A DNA stretch of 64,000 bases from the human T2T-CHM13v2.0 reference genome, Homo sapiens. A model generated the notes under the pieces. It made no database searches. It was not told where the DNA came from and saw only the letters and a program-made list of their open reading frames with translations. The translations under genes were made by a program, and so were the position numbers. Below, one piece after another: positions 52,555-64,000 of the stretch. The stretch lies in the NCBI RefSeq assembly GCF_009914755.1, contig NC_060928.1. One strand, 5' to 3'. Numbering within the stretch: position 1 is the stretch's first letter; each line of letters opens with the position of its first letter.

Positions 52555-55500
52555 TTTTAAATTTCAAAAAAAATGGTTTGGGGAGAACAGGAGGTGTTCG
52601 GTTACATAAATAAGTTTTTAGTGGCGATTTCTGAGACTTTGGTGCACCCACTGCCCAAGCAGTATACACCGTACCCAATGTGTAGTCTTTTATCCCTCAA
52701 CCCCCTTTCACTCTTCCCCAAAGTCCATTGTATCATTCTTATATCTTTGCACCCTCATAGCTTAGCTCCCACTTATAAGTGAGAACATGTAAGGTTTGTT
52801 TTTCCATTACTGAGTTACTTCACTTAGAATAATGGTCTCCAACTCCACCCAGGTTGCTGTGAATGCCATTATTTAATTCCTTTTTATGGGTGAGTAGTAG
52901 TATTCCATGGTGTGTGTGGATATATAACATTTTCATTCTCCACTCGTTGATTTATGGGCATTTGGGCTGGTTCCATATTTTGGCAATTGTGAATTGTGCT
53001 GCTATAAACACGTGTGTGAAGGTGTCTTTTTCATATAACGGCTTCTTTTTCTCTGGGTAGATACCCAGTAGTGAGATTGCAGGATCAAATGGTAGATCTA
53101 CTTTTAGTTCTTTAAGGAATCTCCACAGTGTTTTCCATGGTGGTTGTACTAGTTTACATTCCCACCAGCAGTGTAAAACTGTTCCCTTTTCACCACATCC
53201 AAGCAAACATCTATTATTTTTTGATTTTTTAATTATGACCATTCTCGCAGGTGTATGATGGCATCACATTGTGGTTTTAATTTGCATTTCCCTGATCATT
53301 AGTGATGTTGAGAATTTTTTCATATGTTTGTTGGCCATTTGTATATCTTCTTTTGAGGATTGTCTATTCATGTTCTTGGCCCACTTTTTGATGATACTAC
53401 TTTTTTTTTTCTCACTGATTTGTTTGAGTTCCTTGTAGATTCTAGGTATTAGTTGCTTGTCAGATGCATAGTTTGTGAAGATTTTCTCCCATTCTGTGGG
53501 TTGTCAGTTTACTCTGCTGATTCTTTCTTTTGCTGTGCAGAAGCTTTTTAGTTTAATTAACTCCCATCTATTTATCTTTTTTTTGTCCTGATCATTAGTA
53601 ATGTTGAGAATTTTTTCATATGTTTGCTGGCCATTTGTATATCTTCTTTTGAGAATTGTGTATTCATGTCCTTGGCCCACTTTGTGATGATATTACATGT
53701 TTTTTTCTCGCTGATTTGTTTGACTTCCTTGTAGATTCTAGATATTAGTCCTTTGTCAGATGCATAGTTTGTGAAGATTTTCTCCCATTCTGTGGGTTGT
53801 CTGTTTACTCTGCTGGTTCTTTCTTTTGCTGTGTAGAAGCTTTTTAGTTTAATTAAGCCCTATCTATTTATCTTTGTTTTTGTTGCATTTGCTTTTGGGT
53901 TCTTGGTCATGAAATGTTTGCCTAAGTCAATGTCTGGAAGAGTTTTTCCAATGTTATCTTCTAGAATTGTTATGCTTTCAGGTCTTAGATTTAAGTAGTT
54001 GATCCATCTTGCGTTGATTTCTTTGTAAGGTGAGAGATGAGAATCCAGTTTAATTTTTCTACATGTGGCTTGCCAATTATCCCAGCATCATTTGTTAAAT
54101 AGGGTGTCCTTTCCCTACTTTATGTTTTTGTTTGCTTTGTTGAAGATCAGTTTGCTGTAACTATTTGACTGTATTTCTGAGATTTCTATTCTATTCCATT
54201 GGTCTATGTGCCTATTTTTATACCAGTACCATACTGTTTTGGTGGCTATAACCTTGTAATATTATTTGAAGTCAAGTCATATGATACCTCCAGATTTGTT
54301 CTTTTTGCTTAGTCTTGCTTTGGTCGTGCAGACTCTCTTTTGGTTTCATATAAATTTTAGATATGTTTTTTCTAGTTCTGTGAAGAATGATGATGATATT
54401 TCAATGGAAATTACATTGAATTTGTAGTTTGCTTTTGGCAGTATGGTCATTTTCACAATATTGATTTTACATATCCATGTGCATGGGATGTGTTTCCATT
54501 TGTGTCATCTATGATATCTTTCAGCAGTGTTTTGTAGTTTTCCTTGTAGAAGTCTTTCACCACCTTGGTTAGGTATATCCCTAAGTATTTTATTTATTTT
54601 GCAGCTATTGTAAAATGGGTTGAGTTCTTGATTTGATTCTGAGCTTGGTCGCTGTTGGTGTATAGCAGTGCTACCAATTTGTGTACATTGATTTTGTATC
54701 CTGAAACTTTACTTAATTTGTTTATCAGGTCTAGGAGCTTTTTGGATGAGTCTTTAGGGTTTTCTAGGTATATGATCATATCATCAGCAAAAAGTGACAG
54801 ATTGACTTCCTCTTTGCTGATTTGGATGCCTTTATTTCTTTCTCTTTTCTGATTGCTCTGGCTAGGACTTCCCATCCTCTGTAGAATAGAAGTGGTGAGA
54901 GTGGGCATCCTTGTCTTCCTCCAGTTCTCAGGGGAAATACTTTCAACTTTTCCCCAATCAGTATAACATGGCTATACGTTTGTCATAGATGACTTTTATT
55001 ACCTTAAGGTATGTCCCTTCTATGTCAGTTTTGCTGTGGGTTTTAATCATAAAGGAATGCTGGATTTTGTCAAATGCTTTTTATTTTTCTGTTGAGATGA
55101 TCTTACGATTTTTGTTTTTAATTGTGTTTATGTGATGTATCACATTTATTGACTTGCAGATGTTAAACCATCCCTGCATCCCTGGTATGAAACCCACTTG
55201 ATCATGGTGGATTATCTTTTTGATATGCTGTTGGATTTGGTTAGCTTGTATTTTGTTGAGAATTTTTGCATCTATGTTTGTCAGGAATATCGGTCTGTAG
55301 TTTTTTGGTTGTTGTTGTTATGTTCTTTTCTGGTTTTGGTATTAGCGTGATACTGGCTTCATAGAATGATTCAGGGAGGCTTTCCTCTTTCTCTGGCTTT
55401 TGGAATAGTTTCAATAGGATTTGTACCAATTCTTCTTTAAATGTCTGATGGAAATCAGCTGTGATTCCATCTGTTCCTGGACTTTTTTTTTTGTTGTTGG

Positions 55501-58500
55501 CAATGTTTTTTTGTAACCATTTTAATCTTGCTGCTTGTTGTTTGTCTGTTCAGAGTATTTCTTCCTGGTTTAATCTTGGAGGTTTGCATATTTCCAGGAA
55601 TTTATCCATCTCCTCTAGGTTTTCTAGTTTGTGTGTGTAAAGGTATTCATAGAAGACTTGAATGATCTTTTGTATTTCTGTGTTATTGGATTTAATATAT
55701 CCCGTTATGTTTCTGGTTGAGCTTATTTGGATCTCCTCCCATTTTTTCTTGGTTATTCTTGCTAATGGTCTATCAATTTTGTTTATATTTTCAAAGAATC
55801 AGCTTTTTGTTTTATTTATCTTTTGTATTTTTTTGTTTCAATTTCATTTAGTTCTGCTCTGATCTTTGTTATTTCTTTTTTTTTTTTTTTTTTCTGCTGG
55901 GTTTGGGTTTGGTTTGATCTTATTTCTCTGGTTCCTTGAAGTGTGACCTTAGACTATCTATATGTGTTCTTTCAGACTTTTTGATGTAGGCATTTAATGC
56001 TATGAACCTTCCTTTTAACATCGCTTTTGCTGTATCACAGAAGTTTTCATAGGTTGTGTTATTGCTATCATTCAGTTCAAGTAATTTTGAAATTTCCATT
56101 ATAATTTCATTGTTTACCAAAATATAATTCAGGAGCAGATTATTTTATTTCAATGTATTTGCATGGTTTGAGGATTCCTTTTGGAGTTGATTTTTAATTT
56201 TATTCCACTGTGGTCTGAGAGCATATTAATATAATTTTGATTTTCTTAAATTTATTGAGGCTTGTTTTGTGCCTATCATATGATCTATCTTGGAGAATGT
56301 TCCATGTGCTGATGAATAGAACATATATTCTGCAGTTGTTTGGTAGAATGTTCTGAATATATCTGCTAAGTCCATTTGTTCTAGGGCATAGTTTAAGTCC
56401 ATTGTCTGACTTGTTTTTGATGACCTGTCTAGTGCTGTCAGTGGAGTATTGAAGTCACCCACTATTATTGTGTTGCCTCTTATCTCATTTCTTAATTCTA
56501 GGAGTAATTGTTTTATAAATTTAAAGCTCCAGTTTTAAGTGCATATGTATTGAGGATTGTAATATTTTCCTGTTGGACTAGTCCTTTTATTATTCTATAA
56601 TGTCCCTCTTTGTCTTTTTAAATTGTTGTTGCTTTAAAGTTGGTTTTGTCTGATAAACGAATAGCTACTTCTGCTTGTTTTTGGTGTCCATTTGCATGGA
56701 ATATCTTTTTCCATCCATTTACCTTACATTTATATGGGTCTGTATGTGTTAGGTGAGTCTCTTGAAGACGCAGATACTTGACTGGTGAATTCTTATCCAT
56801 TCTGTCATTTTGTATCTTTTAAGTGGAGCATTTAGGCCTTTTACATTCGATGTTATTATTGAGATGTGAGGTACTGTTCTATTCATCCTGCTAGTTGTTG
56901 CCTGACTACCTTGTTTTTTTTTTTGTTTGTTTGTTTTTGTTTGTTTTTTATTGCTGGTGAGCTTGTGTGATCATTTGGGGTGTCAATGAATCTTGCTTTG
57001 TCATATCATCAGAATTGTTTTTCTGGTTCCTTCTCATTTGGGTAGACTATTTCAGAGGAAAGATCTGGGACTCAAGGGCTGCTAATCTGATTTTTTTTTC
57101 CTATGGGGTGATCCCTTGATGTGGTGTTCTTTTTCTTCCCCTAGAAATGGAGCTTCCTGAGAATAAAACTTCAGTGATTGTTATTGTTCTTCTGTGTCTA
57201 GTCCCCCAGTGGAGCTACTGGGCTCTGGGCTGGTATTGGGGAGTGTCTGCAAAGATTTCTGTGATGTGATCCTGTGAAGACCTGTCTTCAGGTCTCTCAG
57301 CTGTGGATGCCAGTACCTGCCCCAGTGGAGGTAGCAGGGAAGCAAAGTGGACTCTGTGAGAGTGCTGGTTGTAGTTTGTTTAGTGTGCAGATTTTCTCGA
57401 ATGCTGGTTTGCTAGCAGTGAAGCTGTCATGTGGACAGACTCAGGACCTCTGGTTAGCCAGGGTGTTACAGGTGGTGTTTTCTCCTTTCTTGGAGTAGGA
57501 TTGTTCTAAGTTGCTGTAATGGCTTGAGTTGGTTGACTTCCAGCCAGGAGGTGGCACTTTTAAGAGAGCATCAGCTGCGGTAGTAGAAGGGGGATACAGG
57601 CTTGTCCTAAGTTGGCCAGGGTAAATATTCAGTCGTCTCAGGTAATAGGTGAGGCCATAGAGCTCCCACAAGTTTATATCTTTTGTCTCTGGTTACCAGG
57701 AAGGGTAGAGAAAACCATCAGGTGGGGGCAGGGTTAGGCAGGTCTCAGCCTAGACTCTCCTTGGGCTTGCAGTGGCCACTTTGAGGGATATGGGGTGTGT
57801 CTCAGGCCAATGGAGTTATGTTCCATGGGAGATTATGGCTGCCTCTGCTGCTTCCTACAGGTTGCCAGGTAAGTGGTGGAAAGCCATCAGTGACAGGCCT
57901 TACCCAGCTCCCATGAAACCAGCAAGGCCAGTCTCATTCCTGCCATACTCCCCCAGCAGCCAACAGTGCCCAATTTATACCCAGGCCTCTGGTGCACAGG
58001 GCTGAGATCCTGCCCCAGGCTACAAGACTCCCTGCTGAGAGAGCAAGCATGGCTTTCAGTCCTCACCCTTCCCTTCCTGTTGCGGCTTCTGTGCTCCTAT
58101 CTGTACTTCCCGTTCCCCACACCCCAACCCCCTGGACTCTGCCCAGGAAAATTTGTCGTCTTTGGAAATTATTACAAAGTTCAGCTGGAAGTCTCCTTCT
58201 CCCTGTGGACCTTCCCCAATTCCACTGGCTGCCCTCCTCAAGGACCCCTGTGAGATAAATTCAGAAATGGCTATCCTTGGCTTCCCTGGGGAACAAGAGT
58301 GCCTGCAGTTCTTTTCCCACTTCTTTTACTTTTCTATTTCACTGGGCTCTCTAAATTCATTTCAGCTCTAGGTAAGGTTAAACTCTTCTCCCGTCTTCTG
58401 GATTTTCAGGTTCTCCAGGGCCGATGTATGTTTGGAGATGGATTTCCCCCTCTCACACTTCAGGCACTCAGTTTTTTGGCAGTCTCATGGAGTTTTCAGT

Positions 58501-58570
58501 GGCAAGCCGCTTATTTCAAATGGTCTGTGAATTCTTTTGGTTTTTCTGATATGTTCCTGGTGTGATTCTT
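52555..58570 (-). mobile_element. Near full-length L1PB (L1PB1-like): decayed ORF2, most of ORF1 deleted, 5' UTR present
   Basis: L1PB 3' UTR (gtggcgatttctgagactttggtgcaccc); RT motif [18 protein letters not shown] (54594-54908); EN motifs (GDFNTPLTALDRS, FSKIDHMIG); ORF2 start MNRTVPHIS at 56886; GC-richer 5' UTR ~57000-58570; many stops and frameshifts. Confidence 0.92.
53291..53883. repeat. ~296-bp tandem duplication inside the L1PB ORF2
   Basis: cctgatcattagt...ccatctatttatcttt starts at both 53291 and 53587. Confidence 0.93.
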
Positions 58571-58916
58571 CACCAATTTTATCTCGAATTATATTTTATT
58601 CTACATTATGATTGCTATTATTTCCTTATTTTTCTTTGTATTTATGATATATTTCTGCCATTTAAAAAATTTCTTACTACTTCTCTGACATTTGACTTTT
58701 GGTCTTTTTCTATTAAGTAAAGATTTTAAAATAATGTTTTAATTTGAGAAACTTTAGTTTTTAATTGAACTACTAAAACGTTTTACACTAATTATATTAT
58801 TCTTTCTGATCTTGTCAGAGATTCTCTATTTTGCTCACCTATTTCTTTTCTAGCTGATGTTTATTATATTGACTATATTATTATTATTTTTTCTTTTAGG
58901 GATTTGGAAAGGATTC

Positions 58917-59419
58917 CGTGATGGTTAATATTGAGTGTCAACTTGATTGGATTGAAGGATGCAAAGTATTGTTCCTGGGTGTGTCTGTGAGGGTGTCACC
59001 AAAGGAGATGAACATTTGAATCAGTGAGCTGGGAGACACAAACCCATACTCAATCTTGGGGGACACCATCTAATCAGCTGCCAGTGCAACTAGGATAAAA
59101 TCAGGCAGAGAAATTTGGAAAGACTAGACTGGCTGAGTCTTCTGGCCTTCATCTTTCTCCCATGCTAGATGCTTCCTGACCTCGAATATCAGACTCCAAG
59201 TTCTTTAGCTTTTGGACTCTTGGACCTTTGGCCACAGACGGAAGGCTGCACTTTTGAAGTTTTGGGACTTGGACTGGCTTCCTTGCTCCTCAGCTTACAG
59301 ATGGCCTATTGTGGGACTTCACCTTGTGATTGTGTAAGTCAATACTCCTTAATAAACTCTGCTTTATATATATATCTATCCTATTAGTCCTGTCCCTCTA
59401 GAGAACCCTGACTAATACA
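58917..59419 (+). mobile_element. MLT2A (MLT2A2-like) HERV-L solo LTR
   Basis: gtgatggttaatattgagtgtcaacttgattggattgaaggatgc...gagaaccctgactaataca; TSD gattc/gatac. Confidence 0.93.
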
Positions 59420-60029
59420 GATACACAGAAAGTTCAATTTTCTAAATTTTAAGCATTTTAAAACTTACTTGGGTCTATTTTTCTCTCATCATCTATGAAC
59501 AGAGTAAAACAGTAACTATTATCATTCACATCCCTCCAGCTCAGATGCTACATTTGGCATAATTTTCACATTACTATTTTTCCTTCACACTGTTTTGCTG
59601 ATATAATCTCAGATTTCAGATCCAGGTTATTATTAATTATTAGCTTAATATTTTGTATTTTTATCTTGTAAGTACTACATTTGAAATTTTAAAGCTAATC
59701 ACTCTATAGAGCTAAGAATTCTATTTGCTGAGTTATTTATATTTATTTCTTAGTTGACTTAAGTGACTAGTCAAATAGTTTTTTTCACAAAGAATTTTAT
59801 ATGACATTGCCTCTCAGTCTAGTGTATCTAAAAACAACTTTCTGTCGCTCTAGCATATAAATATGAGCTTTTCTAACTAAAATGCCTTGGATCTCAATCT
59901 TTTCTGCCCAAAGCTCTGTAAACCTTTGTTTTTCTTAGCATTTAATATTGCAAATAAAGTCTGATCTACAGACATTCTGTTTTTTTGTTCCTTTATGGTT
60001 CATGGGATTATTTCATACGACAGAAATGT

Positions 60030-60242
60030 ATTCTGAGGGGTACTGGAATATATCACTTCAAAATATGCCTCTTTGGAATACAATTTTTTTTTATTTTTAT
60101 TTTTTTTTGTTAAAGGCCACTGAGAAAACTTCTGCCTATTTGTCTCTAATTAATCTGTCTTTGGCTAGTCTAATTCACAGGGCCTCTGCTGGAGAACCTA
60201 AGATGAGTAGAGGAAATGATTTGTTGTTTTCCTCTCCTGAAA
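60030..60242 (+). mobile_element. MER34-like ERV1 LTR, internally deleted
   Basis: ggaatatatcacttcaaaatatgcctctttgg...gaacctaagatgagtagaggaaa...tttcctctcct. Confidence 0.6.
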
Positions 60243-60591
60243 TACCTAACTGTGGGTGTTTATATTAGCAATGATTTTTATCTTCACATTTTTTTCCTGA
60301 TCTTAGATTGTTTCTTCCATAACATTACACTCCTCATATTAATCTTTTTCAAGGGAATGATAGAGAAATTTATCACAACAGCTGTTTATTTTATTCACTA
60401 GCTCAGGCAAAAAGAGCTCGTCCAGGCTCTCTGATTGTCTTGACCATCACCAGACAGATAAGGTGCCCTAAGTTTTGGAGTGGAAGGGTCACTGTAAGCT
60501 ACCCGCCTACTTTCCATAAGTGCTGATGTTCCACAGGTAGGACAAAAGTGAGTTGGTCCTTTAGGCTTCCATCAAATCTTCGACATGGGCA

Positions 60592-60742
60592 CAGATGCTC
60601 CTTGACTTACAATGGGGTAACATCTGGATGAATCCATCATAGGTCAAAAGTATCATTAGTCTAAACGCATTTAATACACCGATAAACCCATCTTAAAGTC
60701 AAAAAACCATAAGTCAAACCATCGTAAGTTGGGACCAGTCTA
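60592..60742 (+). mobile_element. Short MER47-family (Tigger) element
   Basis: cagatgctccttgacttacaatgggg...aaccatcgtaagttgggacc terminal inverted repeats. Confidence 0.8.
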
Positions 60743-61094
60743 TGTAGGATCTAGCAGATTATTTTAACTTTCTATATGTGGATGATATTCTTCACAGTTT
60801 CCAGAGCTGATGCAAACTTCCTGTTGTTTTGATATTTGGTCAGCCATTTCCAGCTACAAATATGGGAACTCGGGAGGATCTGTGCTCTAATCTTCAGTCT
60901 ACCATACTCCCAGCACTTTAGGGGTCTTAAGTCTGATAAAGTTTTGAAAAGGAAAGAGAAAAGCTGCATTCTGTGCTCCTGAGACAGGGAAGCCCAGTGG
61001 AAATAAAATATCCAGGATGTGGAGCGGGCGAGATTGTGCACCATTAGTATGTAAAGCCTTGATTCAGATGGATGGTTAGGAGTATAGTGCCAAT

Positions 61095-61136
<42 letters not shown>
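61095..61136. repeat. (GA)n microsatellite
   Basis: gagagagaaagagagaga... about 20 units. Confidence 0.95.
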
Positions 61137-61139
<3 letters not shown>

Positions 61140-61962
61140 CTGTTTGGACCGGGCATCTTTGCTGTTTGAAAGAAACCTTTCATCCAGACAGTTTGAGTCT
61201 GATCTTACCTCATTCTACTGGTGAGCTGTACTATGTCTTGCACAGTGCTGCCTCCCTTTTTTTCTGTGGCTCTTTGACACCCCCACCTCCCTGCCAGCCT
61301 GGTGTGGCTGATCAAGCTGTTCAAACAACTGGAAGACATCAGAAGTTAAACACTCATTATTTTAATTTGATGCTAATCATGTGTTAATGAGACTAATCCT
61401 TGCAATGATTCAGGTAATTTGCTTAATGGCTGCCCAGAGTACAGATTATAGCAATCAGTCACGTCTGATAAGATGTCTGTTGTGGAGGAGGCTGTCAGGT
61501 GAATGAAGTGGGAAAAGGCTCAGGAGTAAGGGTCTGATGTCAGGCATGTTCTGTGTTGGAGGGTAGGAGTTAAGGGAAGGAGACAGCTCAGAAATCCAAA
61601 TTTTCAATGAGAAATGAACATCCTAGTGTTCTTGTTTAGAAGGAAGAAGTTGGTGTTGACAGGCTTTCTCATCTTATAGTGACACATACACACTGAGATA
61701 AGCATGACAGTTTGAAGAGAGTTGGATATACAGTTCATTTTGTTCTGGAGAAATCAGTACAATTATTAGTAGACATATTCCTACAACTATTAAATTGAGT
61801 TAAAAATCTTTTTTGCTATCAAAATGTCAAAGAAAAGATGAAACCACTCAGAGCAAAGGAAGATACATTTTTTTCTTCTCATCTTAGGAAATAGATGCTA
61901 AAATCAACATTCTAAACTGAAGCATTATTATGTTTATAGTATACTCAAGCATTGTAAGTCTA

Positions 61963-62297
61963 TAGTCAGTCCTTCATATCCATGGGTTTTGTATCCATGT
62001 TTTCCATCAATCATGCCTTTGAAAATGTCAGAAAAAAAAGTACACCAGTAAAACTAACACAAAACAAAAAATGATACAGTATAGCAACTATTCACATAGC
62101 ATTTACATTGTATTACATTTTATGAATAACCTGGAGATAATTTAAATTATAGGGGACAATGTGAGTTGGTTATATGCAAATACAATGCCATTTTATATAA
62201 GGTACTTAAGCATCACTGGTTTTTGTAATCTGCAGGGGCAGCGCAGGGTAGGACAGATGTCCTGGGACAATCCCTCACAGATACTGAGGGACAACTG
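61963..62297 (+). mobile_element. MER2-like Tigger DNA transposon
   Basis: atatccatgggttttgtatccat...catagcatttacattgtatt...ggttatatgcaaatac...cagatactgagggacaactg. Confidence 0.85.
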
Positions 62298-63687
62298 AAG
62301 ATACAGTCTCTGATGTGCTTAAACTAATCAGTTAGTACTATGTTGGAGGCATGCCACCGTCTACAACTTTGCTGGATTGAATCATGATATATTTTTCAAT
62401 AAAATATTGAAACTCAATAAATTATAAAATGTACAGATATAGAAATAACAAAACACTTCTAGAGTACATGTTCAAAAATTCTGCCGATTATTTGCTTTGC
62501 TTTAATTTATTTGTACTGATAGAAAATTTAAAATTTTATAGATTTATAAATCTAGATATCTGAATTGTTTCATTCCCATTCAGTATTTTGGTGAGGAGAG
62601 AAAAGTGAAAAAAAGGAGATAGATTCAGGCATGAAAAAGATTTGTAGTTTATTTTATGTTTAACTTAGTTGTTTTGATACATTCATGATACCCTCTTCTA
62701 TCTTCTGTGGAATGCAATTTAGTTCAATGTAACAACATTTCTGTAGTATATCTTATCTTCAAGGAGGTGTTATTTAGTTTCTTTTGTTTCTTTATTTGTT
62801 TTGTGTTTTACAAAACAAGGGACAAGCATCTTTCTTGGGAGCAAAGAATGTGCCCATCTTATGACAGTGAGGGTAGGAATGGACAGGGAAGGAAAAATTG
62901 GAGTCAGCTGTTTGAGGACTAGATGTTCAGCTGCTCTAACTCAGAATGTGAATTTACAATAAGGATGTAGAGGAGATACCGTAACATGAGCATAGTATTT
63001 TGGATTGACATCAACAGGAGGATTACACATATGGGAGGGATCATAGCATCTAGGACATTTATAGATACAATTATATGTGAGCATTAGTCCTGTGAACCCA
63101 AGTTAACAGTTTTCCTTTTTCACCCTAGTTAAGAAGTTATTTTATCACCATAAAAGGCTTTCATGCACTATTTCATGCTACATAAGTGCAAATAAAATGC
63201 ACTTGTATCAGTGACAATAATATGGATGAGACTGGTTTCATTTTTAAGAATCAAGATGATTGTTTTATAAGCATGTACCATAAAAAGAACAACCTGTGGT
63301 ATGCTCTAGAATTTGAGAAGCTAATGCTTTTAAGGCAGGCAGACCATTGTTTTGGTAGCAGTTGTTTTTGTTATTATTTTTATCATTAATTATTATTATC
63401 AATCCCATTTTATCTAACAAAAGAGAATGGCTTATTTGGCTTGCTAATGATAAAATAATCTGCACAGAAGCAGGAGGTAAACCTCTCGAAACACTGAACT
63501 TTTACTGCATGGCTTCCTTATAGCACATTGCCTCTTCCATTAAGCTGAGGCAAGAAATATATAGAGGAAATGAAGTGAAAAATGCTAAACATCTGTATTT
63601 ATGTAAGACAATAGAGTTAGAAGAGGATAAGATGATGCTTACATTGCTTCATGTATTGGAAAACTACTTATATAGTCATGATATAAG

Positions 63688-64000
63688 TGTTTTAGTACAT
63701 TCAGGTTGCTATACAAAATATCATAAACTATATGGCTTATAAACAACAGAAATTTATTTCTTACACTTCTGGAGGGTAGGAAGTGCAATATGAGGGTGCC
63801 AACGTGGTCAAGTTCTGGTGAGGGCCCTCTTCCAGGTTGCAGACTACCAACTTCTCACTGTGTCCTCACAGGATGAAAGGAGCAAACTAGCTTACACTAA
63901 TCCCATTCACAAGAGTTCTGCTTTCATGCCGCAGTCACCTCTAGAAGGCTCTAACTTCTTAAAGTTATCACATTGGGGATTAGGTTTCAGCATATGAATT
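63688..64000 (-). mobile_element. MLT1A-like MaLR LTR (runs off the window end)
   Basis: ggcttataaacaacagaaatttatttctt...tctggtgagggccctcttcc...atcacattggggattaggtttcagcatatgaatt. Confidence 0.88.

Noticed and set aside
54594-56886. Reverse transcriptase and endonuclease motifs suggesting an active or novel RT system
   Set aside because: Ordinary L1PB ORF2 broken by stops, frameshifts and a duplication, with ORF1 largely deleted.

Overview
AT-rich, gene-poor, repeat-dense primate (human-like) genomic DNA, identified by Alu, L1PA/L1PB, THE1 and MLT2A elements. I see no credible protein-coding gene, RNA gene, CRISPR array or prokaryote-type system. The listed ORFs are L1/Alu/LTR-derived or chance ORFs. 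The window holds at least 8 Alus, a ~16 kb nested L1 block (42.9-58.6 kb, almost all on the minus strand), solo ERVL/MaLR LTRs, hAT and Tigger DNA-transposon remnants, and old MIR/L2 fragments. The most unusual structure is a TSD-flanked insert at 28845-29192 that lacks any retroelement body and looks like a serial (two-step) orphan 3' transduction nested inside an MLT1F LTR, itself inside an L2. Unique stretches carry several plus-strand splice-signal clusters (a possible host lncRNA or long intron) and motif-rich candidate enhancers. Subfamily names come from recalled consensus sequences, and boundaries of old repeats are approximate.
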